DNA of 64,000 nucleotides from a virus, in the IMG/VR virus record IMGVR_UViG_3300009506_000122, positions 3,202-67,201 of that record. One strand, 5' to 3'. Under the pieces are notes generated by a model. It did not search any database. It saw only the letters and a program-made list of their open reading frames with translations, and had not been told where the DNA came from. The position numbers and the translations under genes are program-made. The stretch's first letter is position 1. Each line of letters opens with the position of its first letter. Below are positions 40,055 to 50,714 of the stretch, piece after piece.

Positions 40055-43000
40055 TAGTAGATTCTCCACCCTTCAATGTAATCCATCATATCTTCTTTTA
40101 TTCTGAGAGTCCTTTTTAAGGTAGCTACCAATATCTGCATAGAAACCTGAGTATAAGGATGTTTCACAACAATCATGTCAAGCAATTCATCCTGTAAATG
40201 AGCAATCTTGTTTAATTTAATTCTCTCCCTTTGATACCTTAATATGTTTAATTCAAGTTCTGCAACTCTTTGGCATTCTGCTACTGAGTAACAAAATGGG
40301 TCTTCAATCTCCTCGATAACTGGTTGTTGATTCAGAATATTCATAGCATCCGTATCGGTAGCAATATACTGAATCGTTTGTTTTTCCTCACCGACTGGCT
40401 GAGCCCAAATTTCTATGTCATAAGTGGCTGTCGCTAATACTGCATAACATAATAGGCTTATAAAAACATTTGTTGCGAACACAAATGGACCACAATAAAC
40501 ACAATGAATAGCGGCAGCCCCCAATGCTAACGTACCAATAGCAAGTCCAACAACATAAGGTATCAAATTAGGACCTTCAATCGTCACTTCAACCCAAAGT
40601 TCATCCGTCGTATCAGTAGCCGTTATTTCTTCCCCTCCACCACCTTTAAAAAGAAAGTACCTAAAATCTTTGGTACTTATGATTGGATTAAGATATGGAT
40701 TTCTACAAGTCTTCGTTCTCTCCTCATTATACCAGACTTGCTTAGTAATCGTTTCGTTCCACCAACCACATGTTCCACTGACATTGGTAATCAACTCAGG
40801 GTCATAAACGACCTCTATAAAATCATGCGTTTCTCCTATAACTCGTAATTGATTGACGAAATTAGAAAAAGAAGTATCTGGAGTATAGTCAAGTATTTGA
40901 ATATCGTTCGGATAAGTGTGATCTATTCCTGCGGTAAAATCGATTTTTTTAGGACTAAATACTCCAGTATTTGTAAAGAAACTGGCATACCCAAGATGAT
41001 CGGTAAGGTCTTTAATTATATCATATATGGTTTCATCAGACCACTGATGCCAAATCTCATGTGAATTATCGAAGTTTGGAATACTATAATCTGCACCAGA
41101 CAATACAGTCCAACTATCAAGAATATCCTCAATTATTGCTTTGGGTTGCGCCTCATCATAATAATCAGACAAAACAACTCTTGCATCCCTCCACAAAGAA
41201 TCTATGGTTCGACACTTCACCTCTAATACTGGATATTGACCCCTTCTGTGGGTAAGCTGTATTTCCTCTACAAAATATATACCTTGATCGACCCAATAAG
41301 GAGTTCCACTAATATCTTCACCCAACTTGACTTTTATCTTACGTCCTCTTCTAAACATGTAAGAATAACTTGAAAAGCTATTTTGAGGATCATAAAGATG
41401 TCCGTTAGCAAGAGAAAACGTCAACTCAGAAGGAGTATCAATAGCGTGAGCTATTTCAAGGGTTTCAACAAGATCATCGGAAACGTCTGTTTCCGACTCA
41501 TCGTTATCCCAGTAAAAGTCTTCTTTATCGTTTTGATAGTCACGATGTTGCCACCAAGCCCACATAATATCATTTTCATCCACAGCAGTAACAATATCTT
41601 TTTCAAAGTAGCCTTCGGTAAGATCACTTATTGCTCCTAAACCAAGATCAGTAACAACCTTAGTTCCCGTAGCAAAAGCCCCCTTATAATAGTGTCCATT
41701 TATATTAAAACGTCTGATACCATAGTATCCTTGTGATGGACAAGCTACATAGACATCCTGCGAAGAAACATCGTAAGCTATACGATAACAATAAGCATCC
41801 GTCATTCCCATATTGAAGCCGGGTAATTGTCCGGGGGTAGAATAATTCTCACTCCAGATTTCAAAACTTTGAGAACCAGTATGATACCTGATAGCGCCAT
41901 CAAGACCTGCTATCCAAATGTAGTTGTTCCCAATATCAGAAAAGTCGTAGTCGTAAAAAGAGTATTGGTCTTTCGAATCATACCCAGGACGAATTACAGC
42001 TCGACTGTTGGTTAGCATATCATAAGTATAAAGACCTCTCCAACTACCATGACCGCCAAGACTTGAATATGTGAAGGAACCATATATCTTGTTATCGTAA
42101 ACATACGCTGAAAACAATCCATTATAAGGAAAGTTAGCATCATTATCGTAACACATTTGAAATTGAAGGATACCAGTATCAGCGTCATATACAAGTATGC
42201 CCCCATTACCACCAATGCCTCTTGCTCTTACCGCTACAATAACTCTGTCCTCTTTACAAAATCTAATATACTCCATATCTGCGCTGTTACTACCAACCCA
42301 ACCATAGGTACTATTTAAAATAGAAGAACTTCCTCTAAACAATTCATTCCAAGTATAGTACCCCGTACCTGGATCAGGAGACTCAGTCAAATCAATATAT
42401 CCACAGCAATAATCATTCGAATATAAATAACCATCATACATCCATATATACAGACGATCTTGAGCCGCATCTACCATACAGGCTTTTATACCGAACTGCG
42501 AAACCCAATGACTTGATTCTTCAACATAAACGTTTTCTGTCCACCCATAAGTAGGACAGTCTGCATTAGTGCCCAACATATATTCAGTAACCTTATCGGT
42601 AACCCCATCATACTCACAAACGATCACCCTCCCAATACTCTTTCCGGTACACTTCTCATGCCATCTTACAAGATACTTTCCATCACTCCATTGATTAAAA
42701 ACAGACATGAAAAGTAAACTGTTTGGATCATACCCGGGAGTAGTGGTCGAAGTATAATTTTTAACTACCGACATATCATCTGGGTCACCAACCCACATAC
42801 CTGTAATAGCTTTAAGTCCTCCACCAGTATAAGCTCCAGTTAAATAAAAATTATTGTTGTATAAATGTATAGACTGAGCATAAATATTGCCACCATCGTA
42901 TATGATGCCTGGGGTATTCTTATCAAACAAAACAAACAAAGCAGTTTCGTGGAAAGTAAAGTACACACCAGAACTTTTTTCCGCAACAACGGGGTGTTCC

Positions 43001-43839
43001 CCGGCTATACCAACCGTCAAGTAATTTGATACCATCGTCGGAACAGCCCAAGTTGCACCATCATCTTGTGAAACCGTATAGAAAACATTTGAAGTTTCGT
43101 ATCCAGAAGCGGCATCCACACCTGTAACAAACTCGAAACTAAGTGCTATATCCCCATCACTCAAATAGATAGCATGTGGATTACCGTACCGAGCCGCATT
43201 ACCAAGACTTGCTGGTGTGATGTCTACCCAACCAGACCAAGATGATATATCGCTGTCTGAGGCTGTATTCACGGAGAGATAGTAGTTACCTAAAGAATCA
43301 TCATACCATCCCATAAACAACATGTGATTTCCAGTATTGGGATTATACATTAGATATAAACCATGAACTACATCATTATAATCCAGAAGAGTAGGAGTAT
43401 AAACTATTGTGTGATCCCAACCAGTGCCAGAAAAAGGGACATTAGTAACCCTTACACGCCAGCGACTTGAATAATTAAAAGTCCACGCTACAAGCATGTC
43501 CCCATTCAATCTTTCGGAACATGTTAAATACTTAGGGTAAGTACCCGCTTCCCACCACGCCTTACCATCGATCAAATACTCTGTCCAAAACGTTCTGTCT
43601 GGATCAGTTTTCATATATCGAAACCGTTCAGAATCATCTCCACGATATGAAACTAACACAAGAGCTCCTGAACTATGATATTTCAAATCCAGATCAAGAT
43701 TGTCACCTTCATACAGAGACATATTATTCCCATCAAATGGAATAGTATTGGCAAAAGACGTAGTGACTATTTGTGCAATAGGCACTCTTTCAATACCATT
43801 TAAACGAGTCTGTAATGTGCCGTCTAATGTTAAGGACAT
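40054..43839 (-). CDS. large tail tip/hub protein with beta-propeller (Asp-box) region
   Basis: 1261 aa downstream of the distal tail gene; SQDDGATW Asp-box; hub-like C-terminal half. Confidence 0.65.
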   Translation of the reverse strand: MSLTLDGTLQTRLNGIERVPIAQIVTTSFANTIPFDGNNMSLYEGDNLDLDLKYHSSGALVLVSYRGDDSERFRYMKTDPDRTFWTEYLIDGKAWWEAGTYPKYLTCSERLNGDMLVAWTFNYSSRWRVRVTNVPFSGTGWDHTIVYTPTLLDYNDVVHGLYLMYNPNTGNHMLFMGWYDDSLGNYYLSVNTASDSDISSWSGWVDITPASLGNAARYGNPHAIYLSDGDIALSFEFVTGVDAASGYETSNVFYTVSQDDGATWAVPTMVSNYLTVGIAGEHPVVAEKSSGVYFTFHETALFVLFDKNTPGIIYDGGNIYAQSIHLYNNNFYLTGAYTGGGLKAITGMWVGDPDDMSVVKNYTSTTTPGYDPNSLLFMSVFNQWSDGKYLVRWHEKCTGKSIGRVIVCEYDGVTDKVTEYMLGTNADCPTYGWTENVYVEESSHWVSQFGIKACMVDAAQDRLYIWMYDGYLYSNDYCCGYIDLTESPDPGTGYYTWNELFRGSSSILNSTYGWVGSNSADMEYIRFCKEDRVIVAVRARGIGGNGGILVYDADTGILQFQMCYDNDANFPYNGLFSAYVYDNKIYGSFTYSSLGGHGSWRGLYTYDMLTNSRAVIRPGYDSKDQYSFYDYDFSDIGNNYIWIAGLDGAIRYHTGSQSFEIWSENYSTPGQLPGFNMGMTDAYCYRIAYDVSSQDVYVACPSQGYYGIRRFNINGHYYKGAFATGTKVVTDLGLGAISDLTEGYFEKDIVTAVDENDIMWAWWQHRDYQNDKEDFYWDNDESETDVSDDLVETLEIAHAIDTPSELTFSLANGHLYDPQNSFSSYSYMFRRGRKIKVKLGEDISGTPYWVDQGIYFVEEIQLTHRRGQYPVLEVKCRTIDSLWRDARVVLSDYYDEAQPKAIIEDILDSWTVLSGADYSIPNFDNSHEIWHQWSDETIYDIIKDLTDHLGYASFFTNTGVFSPKKIDFTAGIDHTYPNDIQILDYTPDTSFSNFVNQLRVIGETHDFIEVVYDPELITNVSGTCGWWNETITKQVWYNEERTKTCRNPYLNPIISTKDFRYFLFKGGGGEEITATDTTDELWVEVTIEGPNLIPYVVGLAIGTLALGAAAIHCVYCGPFVFATNVFISLLCYAVLATATYDIEIWAQPVGEEKQTIQYIATDTDAMNILNQQPVIEEIEDPFCYSVAECQRVAELELNILRYQRERIKLNKIAHLQDELLDMIVVKHPYTQVSMQILVATLKRTLRIKEDMMDYIEGWRIY

Positions 43840-43840
43840 T

Positions 43841-44203
43841 TTATACCTGTGATCGAATGTTTAATGTTAGCTCCACATCTTTTCTTACTGGAATAGCTTC
43901 GAGTCCATATTGAACGTACTTACCAACTAAATCCTCAACTATGACATTATAAGTGTTACCGTCTTGAGGATTAAAAACTACGCTGTCGGTCGATAAATAT
44001 TTAGTTCTGAGATTGTCCCAAAATGTTTCGGTGATATTATCCCATCTCAAAACTACCGACAAATCTTGAATATTTGCAGCCCATTGAAATATGGCTTCCC
44101 CACCGTATGTCATTACTTTAGCAACGACTTTTTTAGCTTCGACTAAATCCATTTCTTGAGGATTCTCAGGAAATGTGTAGCTGTCGAGAATCATCTTGTT
44201 CAT
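43841..44203 (-). CDS. distal tail-like protein
   Basis: Immediately after the tape measure gene; YTFPENP. Confidence 0.5.
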   Translation of the reverse strand: MNKMILDSYTFPENPQEMDLVEAKKVVAKVMTYGGEAIFQWAANIQDLSVVLRWDNITETFWDNLRTKYLSTDSVVFNPQDGNTYNVIVEDLVGKYVQYGLEAIPVRKDVELTLNIRSQV

Positions 44204-44212
44204 AGTTGCTCC

Positions 44213-47200
44213 TTACATAGAGTATTTTCTCATAGTTTTTAGGACAGCTTCTTCAATCTCACCTGGCAAGTATCGTGCGGCTCGATCAGTCATACCACCA
44301 TTGACATTTACAGGAACATTAATCGAAGTACCTTGTGCCATCATACCAAGAGCCTGCATTTGTTTAGGAGTAAAAACCCCTTCATTCTTTTTGAGTATCG
44401 CAGGAAACTCATCAGGCATCAAACCACCATGTAGTTTAACTGCAAACGGGGCTTTTATTCTTCTCGTAGGTGCGCCCCCCTCTCCCCACATACCCCCACT
44501 ATGAAAACCAAACATACCACCAAGACCACCTAACGCTTGCATCATAGCTCGCTTAGCCATCATCTCAGCAAGCCATCTCAACATGTCACGAGCGAAATCT
44601 TGAAAAGCCTCTTTAGCTGTCTTAGTACCAGTTAGAAAGTCTCCCCACATATCACCAAAACCATCAGCAAGTTTTTGAGGTAATTCACTTCCAAATCTCT
44701 CAAAAAATTCAGCGTTGGTTTCCATCTTACCAAAGAAGTCTTTCCAACCTTCTTTTATACTTTCCCATGCAGTTCTTGATTCTCTTGTGACCGTCTCATT
44801 ATAATCTTTCCATTCTATTCCACCTCTTACCATTAGTCCTCTGAGTTTGGCAAAGTAATCTTCTGCTGAAATTTCCCCTCTACGATACCTTTCCTCCAAT
44901 TCTTCCACTTCTTGCTTAGCAAGTTCTTCGTCATATTTTCGTGCTTCTTCCTTCAGCTTCTTTTCACGTTCGAGCCATTCCTCTTCACTTAAACGATCTT
45001 TTTCCATACCCACTTTTGATGGGCCACTCGGTAGCTCGGTATAACCTATTTTTGAAACCCCCGCCGCTTCTCTGATTTTCTTTATAGATTTTTCCATTTC
45101 TTCTTTACTAATAAGATTACCGGGAGCTAAACCTTTATCTATAAGAGCCTGCATTTGGAGATAATAGTCATACCATAATTCGGCTAATAATTGCTTTTTC
45201 ACTTTCTGATCGGTAAAGTTATCTTCTATCGCCTTAGCAAGCTCCTCATATTGTGTCTTCAACTTGTGAAATTCTGTATCTGTGCCAGTACCCTCTACTT
45301 TAAAGCGCAACTCTTCCAGCTTCTTTAGAATTTTTTCTCGCTCGTCTAATTTCTTGCCCTCTTTATTCTTCCACTCATTGTACTCTTTCCAAAAATACTT
45401 CTTCTGCATTTCGAAAGAATACTCAGCCCACTTTTCTGAGGAATCAAAGTCGGCTCGTTTTTCTCTTTCAAGAAACTTATAAAACTTAGACCAGCCATTC
45501 ATAGCTTTAGTCCAAAATTGTTCTTCAAACTCAAACGCCCCTTCTGGGGATAGTGCTTCATAAATTTCCCTAAACCCCAGTTTTTTCATAATGTCTATAC
45601 GTTGAGCATATAAGTCGGCTCGTCTTTTCATGGCTATTTCATTAAGAGCCGCTATTTTCATATACTCCTTTTTTATTTCTTCTAAGACAGTTTTTACAAC
45701 TTGCTCATTTCCAGCCCACTGACTCACATACTCATTTATTTGACCCATTATATCCAGAGAAGATTCATCAACAACACCAGCCAACTTATAACGTGGGATA
45801 CCTTTAGTAACACCCTCCATAACCTTCTCTAAATTCTCCCACATTTCCGTATAGCTCTTACCATCTTCGTGAACTCTCCACAAATCTTGAGCCCACCCTT
45901 GTACTATCTGACGAATAGCTTCATACTCTTTTTCTGTTCCTTTCAGAGTACCATAATATTCCAAGAAGTTGTTATTAAACTTCTTTCTACCTTCCTCCAT
46001 ACTCTCCCAAGTCTTTAACGCTTTTCCCATACTGTCAGCCATGCCAGCAAGTCTCGAAACAGAATCAGCCCAAATTTGATCTAACTTGGTTTTCTCAAAT
46101 TCTTTAACGATTTTTAATAGTTCCTCGAGACTCTTGCCAGAACTGTCTATCGCCTGTTTTAAATCTGGATGTGATTGGGTTAAACGTTGAACTATCGCAT
46201 CATATTCTTCTGAACCCTCCTTTGTATTTTTAAGTTGCATACGATAGTTATCCAGACTTGCGGTAACACCTCTGTTAATAGCTATCGATTTTTCGAGCTC
46301 CCTGTTCAACTTTGCCTGTTGTCCTTCAGCTTGATACATTATAGCAATTAGAGCGCCAATCGCTATTATTCCTAAACCTATCGGTCCGGTGAAGAAAGCC
46401 GCAATACCTCCACCAACAGTAGTTATAGCAAATCCGATAGCTTGAATTGCTAATTTCAAAGCGAATAGTGTGGATATTAAAACAGCCGCATTAGCAATTA
46501 CCTGACCTAAACCAGTCTTAGAAAAAGCGATTATTGCGGTAGTTGCTGACCTTAACATATCAACGAAAACACCAAAACCACCTCCCCCACCAGCCTCTCC
46601 CATAACAATAGCAAGCTCTTTCAGTTGGTCAGTTAAGTTTTTCACTTTAAACCCAAGACCTTCTGCTTGTCTTTCCATCATCTTTTGCGCGGCACCGATC
46701 TCCTTAGCATTTGCTAACATTCGATCCCATTCACCATCCAACTTCATATATGAATTGACAAGAATAGCAGCCGCTTGAGCGCCACGAAGACCAAAAAGAG
46801 AATAAGCCTTCGACATGTCAACTGTGCCCTTATTAAAGTCAAACATTACGGTAGTCAACTTCCTGATCTGATTTTCAAACCAACCAGATTCGCCGGTAGC
46901 TTTATCTAACTCTAAACCGTATTCGGACATAGCTGTGCGAAGTTTAGCATTTGGAGCAAGCAATCTCGCAAGCACTTGACGTAAACCAGTACCGATAGTA
47001 CTTGCTCTTAATCCACTATTAGCAAGTATCATCATAGTTTGGGTTGTTTGTTCAAGAGATAGTCCTGCTTGCGCGGCACCAGCACCAACATAGTTAAATG
47101 CTGTGCGGAGTTTGTCTATGGTGAGTTTCGATTTATTGACAGCGTTTGCAAAAACGTCGGCTACCCTTCGAGTTTCACCGGCATCGATGTTAAACGCTCT

Positions 47201-47830
47201 GAGTGCGGTTGTTACAAGGTCTGTAACATTTTTAAAATCGCTGAGAGTACCAGCGGCTAAGTCAGATACCGCTTCAACTGCTTTTATGGACTCCCCTGCT
47301 GATAAACCAGCTTGACCAAGGAGTACCATACCCTCTGCAATTTCAGTTGAGGAAAATTTGGTTCTAATAGCAGTTTTACCGATAACATCACGCATGGCTG
47401 CAATTTCACCAGACGTGGCCCCGGTAATAGCTTTTAAATTTGCTAACGCTTGATCGAAAGTTATTATTTCCCGAACGCCAATTCCTAAACCACTTATAAG
47501 ACCACTGAACAAGCGTCCCGCTACCGTATATACCGCAACAACTTTAAAGGATTGAATGAGTCTTTTTAAACCGCCCTGTATGCCACCAATTTGTTTATTA
47601 AATCTTTCGCCAGAAGAACTTGTACTATCAAGAGCTTTTCCAGCTTGTGCTGTGGCACTTTTTAGACTGGCTAAAGAAGCCTCAGTCTTTTTTGCGGCTT
47701 TATCAACTTTATCAAAACCTTGCTGAAAGCCAGTTACGATTGTACTAAGACGCCGTATTATTCTCTTAAAGTTCGGGTCCTCTCTGGCTTTAAAAAGTAC
47801 ACCAAGAGTTAAGTCAGATGGATCAGGCAT
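44213..47830 (-). CDS. tail tape measure protein (TP901-family core)
   Basis: 1205 aa; Ala/Gly-rich helical core (FDQALANLKAIT, LGQAG, GLRASTIGTGLR); FHSGG near the C-terminus. Confidence 0.92.
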   Translation of the reverse strand: MPDPSDLTLGVLFKAREDPNFKRIIRRLSTIVTGFQQGFDKVDKAAKKTEASLASLKSATAQAGKALDSTSSSGERFNKQIGGIQGGLKRLIQSFKVVAVYTVAGRLFSGLISGLGIGVREIITFDQALANLKAITGATSGEIAAMRDVIGKTAIRTKFSSTEIAEGMVLLGQAGLSAGESIKAVEAVSDLAAGTLSDFKNVTDLVTTALRAFNIDAGETRRVADVFANAVNKSKLTIDKLRTAFNYVGAGAAQAGLSLEQTTQTMMILANSGLRASTIGTGLRQVLARLLAPNAKLRTAMSEYGLELDKATGESGWFENQIRKLTTVMFDFNKGTVDMSKAYSLFGLRGAQAAAILVNSYMKLDGEWDRMLANAKEIGAAQKMMERQAEGLGFKVKNLTDQLKELAIVMGEAGGGGGFGVFVDMLRSATTAIIAFSKTGLGQVIANAAVLISTLFALKLAIQAIGFAITTVGGGIAAFFTGPIGLGIIAIGALIAIMYQAEGQQAKLNRELEKSIAINRGVTASLDNYRMQLKNTKEGSEEYDAIVQRLTQSHPDLKQAIDSSGKSLEELLKIVKEFEKTKLDQIWADSVSRLAGMADSMGKALKTWESMEEGRKKFNNNFLEYYGTLKGTEKEYEAIRQIVQGWAQDLWRVHEDGKSYTEMWENLEKVMEGVTKGIPRYKLAGVVDESSLDIMGQINEYVSQWAGNEQVVKTVLEEIKKEYMKIAALNEIAMKRRADLYAQRIDIMKKLGFREIYEALSPEGAFEFEEQFWTKAMNGWSKFYKFLEREKRADFDSSEKWAEYSFEMQKKYFWKEYNEWKNKEGKKLDEREKILKKLEELRFKVEGTGTDTEFHKLKTQYEELAKAIEDNFTDQKVKKQLLAELWYDYYLQMQALIDKGLAPGNLISKEEMEKSIKKIREAAGVSKIGYTELPSGPSKVGMEKDRLSEEEWLEREKKLKEEARKYDEELAKQEVEELEERYRRGEISAEDYFAKLRGLMVRGGIEWKDYNETVTRESRTAWESIKEGWKDFFGKMETNAEFFERFGSELPQKLADGFGDMWGDFLTGTKTAKEAFQDFARDMLRWLAEMMAKRAMMQALGGLGGMFGFHSGGMWGEGGAPTRRIKAPFAVKLHGGLMPDEFPAILKKNEGVFTPKQMQALGMMAQGTSINVPVNVNGGMTDRAARYLPGEIEEAVLKTMRKYSM

Positions 47831-48610
47831 TTCGTTTCTCCTGAGACCACATTCTCAAAGCACCTATACCAAGGAAGTGTTTTTTCATTCTCGTAGTCAT
47901 TTCGTCACGTTCTTCCTTGCTCAGATGCTTGTAAGAATCTGGGTTACCAAACATAGTCGGAGTTTCAGTTTTTTTGGACTTCACGGGAACTTTGGGTTCA
48001 TCTTTAAAAGTAGCCCCCATGATCCTCGCTTGATTCTTCCAACTCTCGAGGTCTCTTTTTCGCCAATGATTATAGAGAACCGTTACTTGTCCTAATGTTA
48101 GTCCGCCTTCTCGGAATCTTTTTTGGTAGATGTCTTCAAGTCGGTATCCGTAGATTTGACAGACTGCTGTAACGGCCTCTTCGAGGTCTGAATCGTCTCC
48201 GCTTGATTCATCATCTTCTCGAAGAGGCCCCTCACTTTTTTTATTAGGGACTCATAATTCTGTTCAAAGACGATTTCTGCAATATCGACCGCTTGAGTAT
48301 TAGTTATATCCTTTAGTAATTCCTCTACGTTTTCTTTGTCTGTATCAACAATATATCCCAAAATCAATGGAATATTTTGTTCTAAGAGTCCAATAGCAAT
48401 AGCCGCCGTTTCTACATCATCTCCAGCAGAACCAAACGCTGTAAATGCTTCTTTAATAACACTTGTAGTGGCGAGTTGATCTCCAAGACTCATGGGATAG
48501 ACCTTGAGTTCCCTCAGATTGCGACGGCCTATTTTAGTCGTCGCAATCTGGGGATTAAGTTTCTTACTGTCCTCAGCCGGCATTTTGTTTCTCCTAACGA
48601 GTTTCTTCAT
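47823..48610 (-). CDS. tail assembly chaperone GT (-1 frameshift product)
   Basis: Slippery A AAA AAA at 48236-48242; the -1 frame is open from there to the stop at 47823. Confidence 0.7.
48098..48610 (-). CDS. tail assembly chaperone G
   Basis: Between tail tube and tape measure genes; may start at the second ATG (48583). Confidence 0.7.
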   Translation of the reverse strand: MKKLVRRNKMPAEDSKKLNPQIATTKIGRRNLRELKVYPMSLGDQLATTSVIKEAFTAFGSAGDDVETAAIAIGLLEQNIPLILGYIVDTDKENVEELLKDITNTQAVDIAEIVFEQNYESLIKKVRGLFEKMMNQAETIQTSKRPLQQSVKSTDTDLKTSTKKDSEKAD

Positions 48611-48614
48611 AGCC

Positions 48615-49259
48615 TTATGAAGTTGTTGTGGTTGACGAAGTTGAAGTCGTGGTTGTCATTGTGCCTTGTCCGTCATCCCAGTAGATACGACCTAAAGGTT
48701 TGTCGTCCCAAGCCGCATGACCACCAGACATACCACTATCCGCACGTTTTGCTTCAATGGTAATCGGAACTGCGGCGATTTCTTCCGTCTGAAAGTCTAC
48801 TTCAGGAGCAGACAGAACTTGCGCTCTCGGGAAGATAATCGTCATGGTGTTTACCGCATCAGGAAACGTGTAAACAGCTTCCATTCTGACATACTGCGGC
48901 GTAGCTAAAGCACCGAGCCCGATACTTCCCGAATGTGCGGCTGAATACTCAGACGCAGACGGATCAAGCCCTTTAGCAAGCGCCATATTCGCAGGAGTCA
49001 ACTCTTTAAACGAACATTCGAGCATAGCAGACTCCCGCAAAGGAAACACCGCATCTTCAAGTAACGGATACCCCGATTCTAATTTGTAAAACTCTTGGTT
49101 CAGGGTCAGCTTGGTGTTAGCAAGCGCACCAATAGAATCGGTTGAAGCAAGAATAGGTCGAATCTGCCCCACAAAGGTGGCAGAGTTACCGATCCTTATT
49201 TGAGCAAGTCCCAACGGGACTGTCGTGGTGTCCTTGGTAGTTGGTCCAGTTCTTGGCAT
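48615..49259 (-). CDS. major tail (tube) protein with C-terminal Thr/Ser tag
   Basis: Gene order and tube-like beta pattern; ends TMTTTTSTSSTTTTS. Confidence 0.7.
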   Translation of the reverse strand: MPRTGPTTKDTTTVPLGLAQIRIGNSATFVGQIRPILASTDSIGALANTKLTLNQEFYKLESGYPLLEDAVFPLRESAMLECSFKELTPANMALAKGLDPSASEYSAAHSGSIGLGALATPQYVRMEAVYTFPDAVNTMTIIFPRAQVLSAPEVDFQTEEIAAVPITIEAKRADSGMSGGHAAWDDKPLGRIYWDDGQGTMTTTTSTSSTTTTS

Positions 49260-49555
49260 TAGTCCTCACCTCCTTTCTCTGTTGGATTTATCTCTGCCGG
49301 TAGAGATTCGACCTGTTCATCGATTGCTTCCTTAGCTTGTGGAAAAAAGTTAAAGATATTCCAATGATCTGGATTGTCTCGTCTGCATGATCGGCGCAGA
49401 CACCTCATTTTAAGATTCCCATGAATGTGCATTTCAACAGGAACAAATTTTTTATTTTTACCAAACACGAAATACCACAGACCATTGGGCCTTCGCTCAA
49501 TGAGAATCTTGCCGCATTTTTCGCATCGATAAAATAGCTTCTTAGAGCGTGACAT
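49259..49555 (-). CDS. small zinc-finger protein
   Basis: CEKCGK...CLRRSC. Confidence 0.55.
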   Translation of the reverse strand: MSRSKKLFYRCEKCGKILIERRPNGLWYFVFGKNKKFVPVEMHIHGNLKMRCLRRSCRRDNPDHWNIFNFFPQAKEAIDEQVESLPAEINPTEKGGED

Positions 49556-49624
49556 TTTAATTACCCTTGTCTTGATATTCGTTTAAAAAGATCGTTTAAA
49601 TTTGAGCTCCTGAGGAGCTGTGTT

Positions 49625-50098
49625 TTATATTTTAGAAGCAAAGCGCAACGTTAAATAAATCACTTTGAACTTAGACTCGTCTTCCGCAATTAAAACACCG
49701 GATTCTATAATGTCTTGAACCACTATACCACCAATCTTTACCCAAGGAGTAGGTGCTTCATAACTTCGATAGAAGTCTATTGATTTAATTCCAGTACCTT
49801 CGATAGTGGTAAAGTATCCTATAACTTTATCACATAGTTGGGCAAGTCTAAATCCTTCATTATCTTGACGAGTACAACATCGGATTTCTACGCTCGCTCT
49901 GCTGAGATCATCCCTGTAAAAATCTCCAAAACGAACATTGAGCCAAGTTGTAAGCTCCATATTATTCGCTAACTTTGGTTTAGACAAAGCAGGATCAAAA
50001 CTAATCGGCACTTTTTCTATCGTCCACATGGTATCAACGATGTACTTTTTCATGCTATCCTTAAAATTAGCTTCTCGTGCTGTTGGGTCGAGAGCCAT
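49625..50098 (-). CDS. putative tail terminator
   Basis: Size and position upstream of the tail tube gene. Confidence 0.45.
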   Translation of the reverse strand: MALDPTAREANFKDSMKKYIVDTMWTIEKVPISFDPALSKPKLANNMELTTWLNVRFGDFYRDDLSRASVEIRCCTRQDNEGFRLAQLCDKVIGYFTTIEGTGIKSIDFYRSYEAPTPWVKIGGIVVQDIIESGVLIAEDESKFKVIYLTLRFASKI

Positions 50099-50310
50099 TA
50101 CACTTCCCTCCTCAGCATTTCTTCTGTCAGTTTATCGAGTTTGGGAAAGAAGTCACCGATTACATAATCCTTAGCTTTCAGCATGTCTTCTTCCGAAACA
50201 TCTCCTTGAAACTCACAGTTGTCAAGAAAGTCAAGCAACTTCTGAACCTGAGTTAATGACAACTCGATTCTAACATGCCAATCTTTCGGATATACTTCTA
50301 AGATGTCCAT
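50098..50310 (-). CDS. hypothetical protein
   Basis: Coupled ORF (TAATG overlaps). Confidence 0.55.
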   Translation of the reverse strand: MDILEVYPKDWHVRIELSLTQVQKLLDFLDNCEFQGDVSEEDMLKAKDYVIGDFFPKLDKLTEEMLRREV

Positions 50311-50714
50311 TACAGTCGCCTCAAAAAGTTTGCAATTCTTTCGTCTTTTTGGGTTGGTGATAAAAACTTACCAGACAGAATCATATTTTTTATATCTTTA
50401 GCCATCTTGTTTTCTCGTCTGATTCTGCCTTGAGAAACCATCTTGTTTTTCATGTGAAGGTCAAGAAGTCTGCTTTTACATGACCAATATATCTGCGTGT
50501 AAAGGTATCTCTCCCTGATTTGAGAATCTTCAGGAAGAGACTCACAATATTTCCTGATTTCAAGATTCATACCTCTTGAAAAATGTCCCCACTTCAAACT
50601 GAGGCGTCCCTCTTTTCCCTTTAATTCGTTAAATTTAATGTCGATTTGTTCAATAAATTGCTCCGGTGAATATTCTGGATAAAAATTTCTTATAGGTTCA
50701 TTATTCATCGCCAA
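50310..50714 (-). CDS. hypothetical protein
   Basis: Coupled ORF with AGGAG RBS. Confidence 0.5.
   Translation of the reverse strand: MAMNNEPIRNFYPEYSPEQFIEQIDIKFNELKGKEGRLSLKWGHFSRGMNLEIRKYCESLPEDSQIRERYLYTQIYWSCKSRLLDLHMKNKMVSQGRIRRENKMAKDIKNMILSGKFLSPTQKDERIANFLRRL

Noticed and set aside
48119-48125. C AAA AAA near the end of the chaperone gene as the frameshift site
   Set aside because: Imperfect heptamer; A AAA AAA at 48236-48242 is canonical and sits at the start of the open -1 frame.
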